Below are positions 9,799 to 19,984 of a stretch of 64,000 bases of DNA, piece after piece. Source of the stretch: Methylococcales bacterium (GTDB taxonomy: Bacteria > Pseudomonadota > Gammaproteobacteria > Methylococcales > Methylomonadaceae); contig JAUZSN010000002.1 in assembly GCA_030949405.1 (NCBI GenBank), positions 1,720,553-1,784,552 on the forward strand. Reading direction: 5' to 3'. The notes under the pieces are model-generated. The model was not told where the DNA came from. It made no database searches and saw only the letters and a list, made by a program, of their open reading frames with translations. Position 1 is the first letter of the stretch. Every line of letters begins with the position of its first letter. The translations under genes were made by a program, and so were the position numbers.

Positions 9799-10298
9799 TT
9801 TCTTTTTCCTATTTCAACTATTAAATTTGCAGCTTCAAAAGTTTGTTTAAAATGATCATAAAAGAGCATATTGAATTTATCATCAGCATTTCTATGCTGG
9901 TTAATAGAATTCTGCAGTTGAGTATGCTTTTTATTTGAACAATTTAGTTCTGATAATATTAATCTAATCATTCTATCTTTAGAGGTATAACGTAAATCAT
10001 TTCGCCATATTTTATTAAGTTTTTTTATGGAAGTTGTTAAGTCTTTCTTTTCTTCAAGACTAAGCAATGTGGCAATTTTAGAATCTAAATAAAGAAGTTC
10101 CAAATCATGTTTAGAATTAAATTCAGTCGTTATTTTTAAAATATATGCTCGTAGCATACATTCCACAGCAACACCCGCACAATATAATGAAAAAATAATA
10201 GATTGATTAGTATTCAACATAAGATTTCTTAAATCTTGATTTCTTAATAATGAGGCTTTAAAATAATCAGTAGATGTAAAACGAGAGTCTATTTTCAT
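9789..10298 (-). CDS. Hypothetical protein (169 aa). It is the upstream gene of the two-gene cassette.
   Basis: ORF with an overlapping partner. It appears mostly helical. It has no canonical Rx4-6H motif. Confidence 0.45.
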   Translation of the reverse strand: MKIDSRFTSTDYFKASLLRNQDLRNLMLNTNQSIIFSLYCAGVAVECMLRAYILKITTEFNSKHDLELLYLDSKIATLLSLEEKKDLTTSIKKLNKIWRNDLRYTSKDRMIRLILSELNCSNKKHTQLQNSINQHRNADDKFNMLFYDHFKQTFEAANLIVEIGKRKWT

Positions 10299-10578
10299 TA
10301 ATGATACCTATAACCTGAATTTTGTTTAAATGTACTTACGTTTATATGGATGTAAACTATGATATTTTTAATAGTGTGACGTAATTAAAACGATGTATAT
10401 AAATTTCTAATGAAAATGATGTTATTGAAAATTTTTTGTTTATTTAGCTAATACTTTTAGTTTATCTATCATTATTTCAGGTAATTCAAGTAAGATCTTT
10501 TTAGTTGATGGTTTAAAACTTGGTAAAACTATCCCAAAGAACCAATAATCTATATTAGACTTGTTCTTTAAGAAGAAG

Positions 10579-10985
10579 TTAATATATCATGTTAAAATTC
10601 CATAGGATAGCCGCTAAAAAAGAAAATAAATCTTTTACACCTTCTTTTTTATTTCTAAACTTGTCAACTAGGCATCTATATCTTTTCATTCCACCGATTA
10701 CATGCTCAACAATGACTCTTTCACGACTCATCTCTTTGTTTTCTTTTTTTTGATTTTCTGTTAATGTTGGGTTTGGATTATGCTTAGATTTATTTGGTTT
10801 TTTATGAGGAATATTTACCGAATTAGTTTTATATTCATTATTAAACCCCAAATAACCTAAATCAATAAATATATTAAAATTACTAAACCAATTTAATTCT
10901 GGATTAAATTCTTTTTAAACATTCCATAATCATGATTTTTACCTGGAAAACTAACCCCAATATATAAAATTAAATGACCTAAAGA
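10579..10985 (-). pseudogene. IS transposase orfB (DDE_Tnp_4 C-terminal part). It carries a 1-nt deletion (A5 where copy 3 has A6).
   Basis: The C-terminal ...SRERVIVEHVIGGMKRYRCL is conserved. Upstream, the frame is broken relative to copy 3, where it runs GMFKKEFNPELNW...DLGYLGF. Confidence 0.6.
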
Positions 10986-10987
10986 AG

Positions 10988-11506
10988 CTATAGTGGTATT
11001 TTTAATTGTATGCTGTTTTTTTTACCACTGTAAAATTCATTTTGTTCTTCATAGTCACTAGGGCGTTGTACAGCACGCTCTGTAGCATCTATTATCAATA
11101 TTTGAACTCCGCCAAAAGCCTGCTGCATTTCTTCAGGGGTTGAAAAACTTGTTGCAGGTAAAACATTAAATATATCTAACGTCTTTATTAAAATTGGAAA
11201 TAATTTGTATACATGAGTATGGGCGCATGATTTATTCATATTAAAAGAAAACCCTAAGTGATCGAAAGTAGAATAGCACTTCATATAATTTAATATAAAT
11301 AATAATTTGTCTGCGGGTGTTTTTAATGTGCTATCTAAACCACTACCGTATTTTCTTTCTTTATTTTCATGTTTTTCTTTTTGATCTTCAATAAGGGTCT
11401 TTTCAAATAGAGATAATAGTAAAATAAAATGTTCTGTTTTTAATCCTGTTAAAGCTCTTAACTGTCTATCATCATAAATTCTTGGTAAAATTTCTTTTAT
11501 TTTCAT
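10988..11506 (-). CDS. IS transposase orfA (HTH_Tnp_4 plus the start of the DDE domain). It ends shortly after an A8 run.
   Basis: MKIKEILPRIYDDRQLRALTGLKTEHF... The T8 run at 11016-11023 (A8 in the mRNA) gives an A_AAA_AAC heptamer. Confidence 0.8.
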   Translation of the reverse strand: MKIKEILPRIYDDRQLRALTGLKTEHFILLLSLFEKTLIEDQKEKHENKERKYGSGLDSTLKTPADKLLFILNYMKCYSTFDHLGFSFNMNKSCAHTHVYKLFPILIKTLDIFNVLPATSFSTPEEMQQAFGGVQILIIDATERAVQRPSDYEEQNEFYSGKKNSIQLKIPL

Positions 11507-11777
11507 GTTATACTTTGATTTTTATTTTTTATAGAAATTTATTATAAAGCTTATTTATTATTTTTAATAATTTAATTTAAAGTTTATTTATTAGGCTGTA
11601 TCAACTGATTGTGAATGTTATCAAGTATATATAAGCAATTGATTTTAATATATTTTATTTAGAAGAACAAGTCTATTGACTTGTTTTTGATTGGGGTGTT
11701 TAATTGTAGACAAATCAAGATCCCCAATAATATCCATTTTATTATCAAATGTTTATTTTACGGTAGGTGATAATAAG

Positions 11778-12719
11778 TTATTGATTAGATACTTCAAATC
11801 CTTCGGTATCCGCAATAATATAACGAGGTCGACCTTTTAATTGCTCATATATTTTAGCGATATAGAGTCCCATAATGCCATTGATGACCATCGTAATCCC
11901 ACTAAAAAATGAAATAGCAATAATAATGCTGGGAATCCCTTCGCCTGAAACCCCTAATACTTTAATAATTAACGCATAAACAATTAAAAAAGCGGAGACC
12001 AAGCAAGTGAGCAGTCCTAGATAAAAGGATAAATAAAGAGGGGAGGAGGAATAAGAAACAATGCCTCGAATAAATTCTTTCGTTGGCCCTTTACTAAAAA
12101 TTGAAAAATGCGGCTCACCTGCAAAACGTGCATCCCGTTCATAATAAATATGCGTTTGTTTAAAGCCAACCCAAACAGGTAAACCTCGCATAAACGGGTC
12201 ATGTTCATCTAATTTTAAAATTTGATTGACCACTTTTCGAGATAATAATTTAAAATCGCCCGTATTTTCTTTAATATTAATTTCAGAAACAAAGTTGATG
12301 ATTTTATACGCCCAGCCTGTGACCATCATTTTTAAGGGATGTTCGCCATGACGCTTGGTACGTGTAGTGTGAACTACATCAAAACCTTGCTGCCATTCTG
12401 CGATCATTTTTTCAATGAGTTCAGGGGGGTCTTGTAAATCGCTATCCATGTACACCACGGCATCGCCCGTGCTGTATTTCATCCCTGCTAAGACACAAGG
12501 AGAAACGCCAAAACAGCGCGACATACTAATAATTTTTATTTTATCATCCGCAGCTCTTTCTTGTTGCAAGAGTTCTAAAGAGCGGTCAGTTGAATCATCA
12601 TTGACAAAAATAAATTCATAATCAACGTTGATCTTTAAAAAAACAGCACGAACGCGATTAATTAATTCTTTGATATTACTTTCTTCATCACGAAAAGAAA
12701 AAACAACAGATACTAACAT
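11778..12719 (-). CDS. GT2 polyprenyl-phosphate glycosyltransferase of the ArnC/GtrB/DPM1 type, with two C-terminal transmembrane helices.
   Basis: VSVVFSFRDEESNI...FVNDDSTD...YMDSDLQDP are GT-A DxD motifs, and the C-terminus has transmembrane helices. Confidence 0.75.
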   Translation of the reverse strand: MLVSVVFSFRDEESNIKELINRVRAVFLKINVDYEFIFVNDDSTDRSLELLQQERAADDKIKIISMSRCFGVSPCVLAGMKYSTGDAVVYMDSDLQDPPELIEKMIAEWQQGFDVVHTTRTKRHGEHPLKMMVTGWAYKIINFVSEINIKENTGDFKLLSRKVVNQILKLDEHDPFMRGLPVWVGFKQTHIYYERDARFAGEPHFSIFSKGPTKEFIRGIVSYSSSPLYLSFYLGLLTCLVSAFLIVYALIIKVLGVSGEGIPSIIIAISFFSGITMVINGIMGLYIAKIYEQLKGRPRYIIADTEGFEVSNQ

Positions 12720-13335
12720 TAAAATAACTCGTATTTAGAAAAATCATGTTCGGTAAGTAAGCGGTAGAACAGGTCCATGTCCCCATTCGCTAAATAACCT
12801 AGATAAGATATTAAAAAGGAAAAAGGCGTAAAGCCAATGAGTGCAGTGACAAAAAATTTAAACGGCCCAATTTTGCTTCCTGCTAAGACGGTATTGACTA
12901 AAAAAGTCGGTAAAAAAATATTTAAGCGTAAAAAAAATAATCGTTTTATAATCAAAATCATGGTTAGCTAATTTAGCATATAAAGAATCTTCTTCAAATG
13001 AATGACGACGTTTTTTTTTAAAAATTCGTACTAAAACATAGGTTAAATAAGAACCAATCACAGCCCCTGTCACCACAATTCCTCCCCCAACCCATGTTCC
13101 ATAAAGTAAACCCGCTAAAACATTTAACGGTAAAGTCGGAAAAGAGGCCACACTGGAAATAATAAAAAAAAACTAAAAAAATTATTTCTGAGTCAGGGTT
13201 AGTTTTAACAAAGTCAACGGCGGTATTATATTCGTTTTCAAAAATAATGCGTAGTGAAATAATACCGACCATTACAATCGTCAACACAATAACTAATTTA
13301 ATTAATTGAACGATGTCTTTTTTAGAAAACCCCAC
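12719..13335 (-). pseudogene. DedA/TVP38-TMEM64 (VTT domain) membrane protein, split into three frames by homopolymer frameshifts.
   Basis: Three overlapping ORFs (13018-13335, 12858-13151, 12719-12961) together spell a DedA-like protein (LPLNVLAGLLYGTWVGGGIVVTGAVIGSYLTYVL). The breaks are at the A/T runs near 13168-13190 and 13008-13020. Confidence 0.55.
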
Positions 13336-13337
13336 AA

Positions 13338-14798
13338 TTAAGTGTCTAAAATGGCTCTTTTTAATCGTGTTTGAGTGATTTCCATCATGTGTTCCTTAAC
13401 CGCGAGGCCAAATTTATCGTTTAGCATTGAAAGATAAAAGTCACTTTCATTGTAATCATGAAACGCATTATCCCTAAATGCAACAATTTCTTTGGCCGTT
13501 AAGTGTTTTGAGGGTAACGGTTGGATATTATAAGAATGTTGTGAGTAACCCGTCCATTCATCAGGAAGTTTTAAATGGTCCGCAAGGGCAATCGTATAAA
13601 GTTGAGAACCGGGGTAGGCCATTGCACAATAGAAATTTGCAAACTCACAGTTAAGCTCTTTTGCCATGGTTAAGGTTTCGGTCATGGATGCCAGCGTGTC
13701 ATCTTGTAAACCAAAGATAAAATTACCAATCACACGAATGCCAGCGGCTTGAATCTCATTGACTATTTCAGCAATATCACGAGGTTTCATTTTTTTGGAT
13801 GCGCCATCACGAACATCGGCATTAGCGGATTCAATGCCAAGGGCTAACCAATTTATTCCTGCTTGTTTTAATTTTTTCAGCGTTTTTTCTTTGACGGTAT
13901 CCACGCGTGCATAGGCCCAGATATTTAAATCAAAGTTTTTTTCAATTAATAAATCAACGATTTTCATGTAATGGTTTTCATTTAACACAAACATTTCATC
14001 AATGATTTTTAGATTTTTAATCCCATATTTTTCAACTAATAAGGTAATTTCTTCAACGACTAATTCAGGGCTACGGCAACGTAAACTTGACCCCCCAAAA
14101 GGTGCGTTAATACAGCAAAATGAACAACTGTATGGGCAACCTAAACTGGTATAAATGGCGGCATAAGGCTGACGGTTTTCAATGTCATCAAAACAATGCC
14201 AGTTATGAGCGCGATAAACCGCCATTGGCAATAAATCCCATGCCGCTATCGGTAAGTATTCATCTAAATCTTTAATTAAAGCCGGTTTTGGGTTATGTTT
14301 TGTTTCGCCATTGTCTTGGTACCAAACTCCACTGACTTCGGAGACCTTTTTTTCACCTTTCAAATGTTCAAGTAATTCTTTTAGCGGAATTTGTTCTTCC
14401 CCTTCAATAATAAAATCCGCATTTTCTTGTTCAAAGGTTTGTTCAGGTAAGGCTGAGGCATGAAGCCCCCCTAAAACGACGCATGAATCACTGCCTGCTT
14501 TGACGGCATCAACAATTTTTCCACTGATGCTCATGTTTTGAGTCGATGCGGAAGGTTGATTGCCATAAACGATAATGGCCGTTAACAGAGGGTTAAGTTC
14601 TTTAACCTTTTGTGCGGTCTCATCGGGTGAAATATTTTCAGCATTGGCATCAATAATGGCCACACTAAAACCATTATTTCTTAAATAAGCCGCATAAGAG
14701 GCAATTTGAAAGGGCGGCTCGATTGCGGTTAGGTTTTTACCGAGTTCTTGAAAAACCGCTTTTCGGTCACCGGGGTTTATAAATACAATATCAGTCAT
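13338..14798 (-). CDS. B12-binding radical SAM protein (class B rSAM).
   Basis: It has an N-terminal cobalamin-binding-like domain. CPYSCSFC is the CxxxCxxC radical SAM motif. Length is 486 aa. Confidence 0.8.
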   Translation of the reverse strand: MTDIVFINPGDRKAVFQELGKNLTAIEPPFQIASYAAYLRNNGFSVAIIDANAENISPDETAQKVKELNPLLTAIIVYGNQPSASTQNMSISGKIVDAVKAGSDSCVVLGGLHASALPEQTFEQENADFIIEGEEQIPLKELLEHLKGEKKVSEVSGVWYQDNGETKHNPKPALIKDLDEYLPIAAWDLLPMAVYRAHNWHCFDDIENRQPYAAIYTSLGCPYSCSFCCINAPFGGSSLRCRSPELVVEEITLLVEKYGIKNLKIIDEMFVLNENHYMKIVDLLIEKNFDLNIWAYARVDTVKEKTLKKLKQAGINWLALGIESANADVRDGASKKMKPRDIAEIVNEIQAAGIRVIGNFIFGLQDDTLASMTETLTMAKELNCEFANFYCAMAYPGSQLYTIALADHLKLPDEWTGYSQHSYNIQPLPSKHLTAKEIVAFRDNAFHDYNESDFYLSMLNDKFGLAVKEHMMEITQTRLKRAILDT

Positions 14799-14844
14799 GA
14801 ATAATTTTCTCTTAAAATAATATCTAATTCGTTTAATAATTTTA

Positions 14845-15459
14845 TTAACTAAACTCTTTTACTATACAGCCAATATTGCCAATAATTTTTATGACGTTAC
14901 TAATATGACAATTACCCGAATGGATAAGTAATTGCTTTTCTTTTAATAAAAGAAATTCCCATACTTCGCCATCTGTAATAATACCGTAAATTTTATCTTG
15001 TTTAAATTTTATTTTAGTGGCATACATTTCAGCAATACATTGTCCAAGCCCATCGGATAATTTGTTGGGTTTGACGTCCACAACAGAAATGATGGGAGCG
15101 GAAAAATCCAAACTGTCCAGTGTTAAAGCTCCATCCCATGCACCATTGAGTTGATGAGGTAAATCAGGTGTTTCTTCTTTGGTTAAATCGAAAGGTTGTT
15201 CAAAAAAAAGACCTAGATCATATAAAATACTGGCTTCTATCAAAATGGGTGACACCAAAAGACCTATTCTTGTGGCTTCATTTGTATTAGCAATTCTGGT
15301 TCGAGCAGCTAAGTTATCTATTCGATTTTGAAACTCAGTATATTTTTTTATCACTTCTTCGTCTGGCTTAAAATCAAAAATAGGCGTTAATTTAATGGTT
15401 AAATTAAAAATATTGGCTAACTGCGTTTTGCCATAATTTTTATATTCGCCGTATGACAT
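14845..15459 (-). CDS. Hypothetical protein (204 aa), with a possible PD-(D/E)xK nuclease-like core.
   Basis: It is an ORF in GC-poor DNA. LDSLDF...SVVDVKPNK...YGIITDGEVWEF loosely resembles restriction-endonuclease-fold motifs. This is not secure. Confidence 0.4.
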   Translation of the reverse strand: MSYGEYKNYGKTQLANIFNLTIKLTPIFDFKPDEEVIKKYTEFQNRIDNLAARTRIANTNEATRIGLLVSPILIEASILYDLGLFFEQPFDLTKEETPDLPHQLNGAWDGALTLDSLDFSAPIISVVDVKPNKLSDGLGQCIAEMYATKIKFKQDKIYGIITDGEVWEFLLLKEKQLLIHSGNCHISNVIKIIGNIGCIVKEFS

Positions 15460-15574
15460 GAAATTTCCTTTAAACTAATGAGGGCTTTATAACGTGATTA
15501 TTTATTTAATGGGTGTTTTTATGGGTTTATTTATCATTTTTTAATAAAGTTTTTGGGGTGTTATTTCGCTATAC

Positions 15575-16178
15575 TTAATTAGATGAAAATATATTATTGT
15601 AATTAGGTGTTTGTTTTTTCCAAATTTTCAATTTATTTATTACAATCTTTTGATAGTTTTTATCTGAAACATGGACATAATAAATATTATTTTGTTTTTT
15701 ATAATATACACGCACAACTGCTGAACTGCCATTTGTAATATGTTTATTTATTTCTAACCAGTCTTGAACAGCTTTAAATTTTTTACAGGGTAACTTATTT
15801 TTCTGATTAACTTGTTCATTTAAATCATGCAAACAATTCAATAATACTTTAGGTTCTTGTATTTCATCATTTATATAGTCGATAGAAAAATTATCAAATT
15901 GTAAATTTGGACAAAAAACATCCAAACATAAATTCATTATTTTAGTATCTTTTTTTGATGGTTTTAATTTATTCTGAATATCACGATTGTTTGAAATTTT
16001 TTCATAGTCATATTTTTTTTTCCTCTAAAGATAACTCAATATTTTCAGCTTTAGCTTTATGGCGTATGATGTCTATCTCATAACGTTGAATTTGAAATTT
16101 ATATTGCTTAATTTCAGCTTCATAAAGTTCCTCTAACTCTTTCTCCTGTTTTTGATGTCTTGCTATTTCCTCTTCAAT
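15575..16178 (-). pseudogene. C-terminal part of a gene interrupted by IS copy 2. The frame is open from the IS boundary into ORF 15575..15937.
   Basis: Translation upstream of M15937 runs without a stop (…EEEIARHQKQEKELEELYEAEIKQYKFQ…KKDTKIMNLCLDV…) up to the IS edge at 16178. Confidence 0.55.
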
Positions 16179-17296
16179 AGACTTGTTCTTTAAGAAGAAG
16201 TTAATATATCATGTTAAAATTCCATAGGATAGCCGCTAAAAAAGAAAATAAATCTTTTACACCTTCTTTTTTATTTCTAAACTTGTCAACTAGACATCTA
16301 TATCTTTTCATTCCACCGATTACATGCTCAACAATGACTCTTTCACGACTCATCTCTTTGTTTTCTTTTTTTTGTTTTTCAGTTAATGTTGGGTTTGGAT
16401 TATGCTTAGATTTATTTGGTTTTTTTATGAGGAATATTTACCGAATTAGTTTTATATTCATTATTAAACCCCAAATAACCTAAATCAATAAATATATTAA
16501 AATTACTAAACCAATTTAATTCTGGATTAAATTCTTTTTAAACATTCCATAATCATGATTTTTACCCGGAAAACTAACCCCAATATATAAAATTAAATGA
16601 CCTAAAGAAGCTATAGTGGTATTTTTAATTGTATGCTGTTTTTTTACCACTGTAAAATTCATTTTGTTCTTCATAGTCACTAGGGCGTTGTACAGCACGC
16701 TCTGTAGTATCTATTATCAATGTTTGAACTCCGCCAAAAGCCTGCTGCATTTCTTCAGGGGTTGAAAAACTTGTTGCAGGTAAAACATTAAATATATCTA
16801 ACGTCTTTATTAAAATTGGAAATAATTTGTATACATGAGTATGAGCGCATGATTTATTCATATTAAAAGAAAACCCTAAGTGATCGAAAGTAGAATAGCA
16901 CTTCATATAATTTAATATAAATAATAATTTGTCTGCGGGTGTTTTTAATGTGCTATCTAAACCACTACCGTATTTTCTTTCTTTATTTTCATGTTTTTAT
17001 TTTTGATCTTCAATAAGGGTCTTTTCAAATAGAGATAATAGTAAAATAAAATGTTCTGTTTTTAATCCTGTTAAAGCTCTTAACTGTCTATCATCATAAA
17101 TTCTTGGTAAAATTTCTTTTATTTTCATGTTATACTTTGATTTTTATTTTTTATAGAAATTTATTATAAAGCTTATTTATTATTTTTAATAATTTAATTT
17201 AAAGTTTATTTATTAGGCTGTATCAACTGATTGTGAGTGTTATCAAGTATATATAAGCAATTGATTTTAATATATTTTATTTAGAAGAACAAGTCT
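16179..17296 (-). mobile_element. IS5-family element, copy 2 (1118 bp, target-site duplication AAT). Its transposase is degraded (A7 at the slippery run, an A5 run, and a further break).
   Basis: The ends are agacttgttc...gaacaagtct, flanked by aat (16176-78) and aat (17297-99). Confidence 0.85.
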
Positions 17297-17836
17297 AATG
17301 ATTTCATCCCAAGAACCATTCGAATTTTTTTCTTTTATTTTTCTTAAAGCTTTGTTGTATTCAGTCTCAAGTTTTTTATGTTGTTTTTTATAATTATGAG
17401 TCAAAATTGACAACTCTTTATTGAGATTTTTTAGTTCTTCATCTTGTTCCGATAAGCCCTCATTTAATTCTTTTATTTTTTCTTCTTTTAAAGCGATAGA
17501 CTCTTGCATATAATTAAAGTATCGTCTTATTTCAGTAGGATCTGCATCAAAATGAAAGTTTGGAAAATTATCTTTAATTATTCTTTTTAATTCTCCAAAA
17601 TTAAGACTTCCTCCCAATTCTTTTGCGATGGTTAAATAAACTTTATATTGTCTATCATTAGAAGCCAGTTTAAAACTTCTATTATGCTTAAAACAAATAA
17701 CACCAGATGTAATAAGTTTATCTTTGACGAGCTGAATTAGATTGCTATCTTCTGAATTTAATAATAAATACCCATATTGACTTCCTCTACATTCATAAAA
17801 CCATTCAACAATGTTTTCGGTTATTAATTTTTCCAT
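17297..17836 (-). pseudogene. N-terminal part of the IS-interrupted gene. The annotated ORF ends at a stop codon lying inside the IS terminal repeat.
   Basis: The 189-aa ORF ends ...RLVLLNKIY*, which is encoded by the IS end ttagaagaacaagtct. Its coiled-coil tail continues in the fragment at 15575-16178. Confidence 0.55.
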
Positions 17837-18123
17837 GTTGTTAATTAAATTAATTTCAATAAAGAGTATTTAGAGCGTGAAATGTAGATCCTATATAATT
17901 TCTCATTCATTTTTTATTATAGATGAAAACAATATCACCTATAACGATCCCTTGCACCTATTTGAAAAATAGGTTTTTAAAGCTATAACTATGACTCAGT
18001 AAGTTTAAATAATGAGAAAAACATCACCATACCGCAAGTTTACTGTGACACTCACAATAATGTCCAAAATTTATCCTGCCTAAAGCGGGCTAATCCTACC
18101 CTAGGCAAAAAATTAACGTTTTT

Positions 18124-19683
18124 TTAATGTCTAAAATGTCGCATTCCTGTGAATACCATTGCAATATTATGTTCATCGGCTGCGGCAATTATTTCATTGT
18201 CTCGAATGGATCCACCCGGTTGAATAACGGCGGTAATTCCCGCAGTGGCGGCGGCATCAATGCCATCTCTAAAGGGAAAGAACGCATCCGAGGACATGAC
18301 CGATCCTTCCACTTTTAAGTTTTCATCGGTAGCTTTGATGCCTGCAATTTTAGCCGAATAAACTCGACTCATTTGTCCCGCACCGACTCCAATAGTTTGA
18401 CTGTTTTTACAGTAAACAATGGCGTTAGATTTGACAAATTTACCGACTTTCCACGCAAATAATAAATCAGATAATTCATCTTCAGAGGGAGCGCGTTGCG
18501 ATACAACTTTTAAATCGTCGGCATTAATTTCGTCTAAATCTTTATCTTGAACTAATAAGCCCCCATCAACGCGTTTATAATCAAAGGCCAATGCTTGCTT
18601 GTTCGTCCAAACCCCTGTCACTAAGACGCGTACATTTTTCTTTGTCGTTAAAATGCTTTGTGCGACCTCGCTGATTTTAGGGGCAATAATGACTTCAACA
18701 AACTGACGCTTAATAATCTCATGTGCAGTCGTTTCATCAAGTTCTTGGTTAAACGCAATAATTCCGCCAAATGCAGACGTAGGGTCGGTTGCATAAGCGA
18801 GTTCATAAGCCTCTAAAATAGTTTCCGCTTGTGCAACGCCACAGGGATTAGCGTGTTTAACAATCACACACGTCGGTTTTTCAGAAAATGATTTAACACA
18901 TTCTAAGGCCGTATCGGCATCGGCAATATTATTATAGGATAAGGCTTTACCTTGCAATTGCTGTGCGGCACTAATGCTGCCGATAGCTGGATTATGCTCC
19001 TTATAAAAGGCTGCATTTTGATGCGGATTTTCTCCGTAGCGTAACGTCTGTAAATGTTGAAACTGTAGATTAAGGGTCAGTGGAAACTGTTCACCCTTAA
19101 GATGGTTTAGATAAGTCGCAATGGCATTATCATAATTGGCCGTATGCTCAAAACTTTTTAAGGCGAGATCAAAGCGGGTATCTTGACTTAATGCGCCTTC
19201 GTTGGTGTTTAACTCGTTTAGTATGAGGGCGTAATCATCCGTATTAACAATGACGGCGACATCATGGTGATTTTTGGCCGCGGCGCGAATCATTGTGGGT
19301 CCACCAATATCAATGTTTTCAATGGCGGTGGCTAAATTACAATCAGGGTTTGCAATCGTTTCTTGGAAAGGATACAAATTAACAACCACCATATCAATGG
19401 CTTGAATGTCATTTTCAGCCATGACTTTATCATCCGTTCCTCGACGAGCCAGTATGCCTCCATGAATTTTAGGGTGTAATGTTTTAACCCGACCATCCAT
19501 GATTTCAGGAAAATTGGTGTAATCAGAGACTTCGGTGACAGCAATGTTATGGGTGATTAATAATTTAGCCGTCCCACCCGTCGATAAAATCTCAATTCCT
19601 AATTTCTGGAGACCTGATGCTAATTCAATGATGCCTGTTTTATTAGAAACACTCAATAGAGCGCGAGAAACTTTTTTATTCAT
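18124..19683 (-). CDS. purH: Bifunctional AICAR transformylase / IMP cyclohydrolase.
   Basis: The N-terminus [16 protein letters not shown] is the MGS-like domain. Length is 519 aa and the C-terminal transformylase region is conserved. Confidence 0.92.
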   Translation of the reverse strand: MNKKVSRALLSVSNKTGIIELASGLQKLGIEILSTGGTAKLLITHNIAVTEVSDYTNFPEIMDGRVKTLHPKIHGGILARRGTDDKVMAENDIQAIDMVVVNLYPFQETIANPDCNLATAIENIDIGGPTMIRAAAKNHHDVAVIVNTDDYALILNELNTNEGALSQDTRFDLALKSFEHTANYDNAIATYLNHLKGEQFPLTLNLQFQHLQTLRYGENPHQNAAFYKEHNPAIGSISAAQQLQGKALSYNNIADADTALECVKSFSEKPTCVIVKHANPCGVAQAETILEAYELAYATDPTSAFGGIIAFNQELDETTAHEIIKRQFVEVIIAPKISEVAQSILTTKKNVRVLVTGVWTNKQALAFDYKRVDGGLLVQDKDLDEINADDLKVVSQRAPSEDELSDLLFAWKVGKFVKSNAIVYCKNSQTIGVGAGQMSRVYSAKIAGIKATDENLKVEGSVMSSDAFFPFRDGIDAAATAGITAVIQPGGSIRDNEIIAAADEHNIAMVFTGMRHFRH

Positions 19684-19708
19684 ATAAACCTCTTGGGTAT
19701 AAAGACGA

Positions 19709-19984
19709 TTAGGAGAGCTGGTAGCTTTCTATTTTTTTTCGTAAGGTACTGCGACTTAAACCCAAAATTTTAGCGGCTTTGGTTTGATTGTAACCCGAAT
19801 GCTTAAGTACAGTGGCGAGCAAAGGTTTTTCAACCTCACTAATCACTAGGTGATAGAGATTAGCCGTGTCGTGACCTTTTAATTGGGTAAAATAAAGTTC
19901 CACAGCTTGTTCAACAGAGACAGACAGTGGAATAGGAAAAGGGGTCACCTGTCCCTGAGGAGACGTAGTTTCAGAATCATCCAT
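19709..19984 (-). CDS. fis: DNA-binding protein Fis.
   Basis: 91 aa. The C-terminal HTH ...[20 protein letters not shown] matches Fis. It lies immediately downstream of dusB. Confidence 0.9.
   Translation of the reverse strand: MDDSETTSPQGQVTPFPIPLSVSVEQAVELYFTQLKGHDTANLYHLVISEVEKPLLATVLKHSGYNQTKAAKILGLSRSTLRKKIESYQLS

Larger units (their letters stand above)
10557..11674 (-). mobile_element. IS5-family insertion sequence with a DDE_Tnp_4/Harbinger-type transposase, copy 1. It is 1118 bp with terminal inverted repeats AGACTTGTTC and a 3-bp target-site duplication ATT.
   Basis: The ends are agacttgttc...gaacaagtct, flanked by att (10554-56) and att (11675-77). Copies at 16179-17296 and 32701-33819 are nearly identical. 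Confidence 0.85.

Noticed and set aside
9789-10298. Possible HEPN (Rx4-6H) motif in the 169-aa hypothetical protein
   Set aside because: No R-x(4-6)-H spacing exists. The nearest match is RNDLRY, with Y in place of H. I therefore make no HEPN call.
12017-12621. Small ORFs at 12017-12208 and 12415-12621
   Set aside because: They are embedded in the GT2 gene in other frames.
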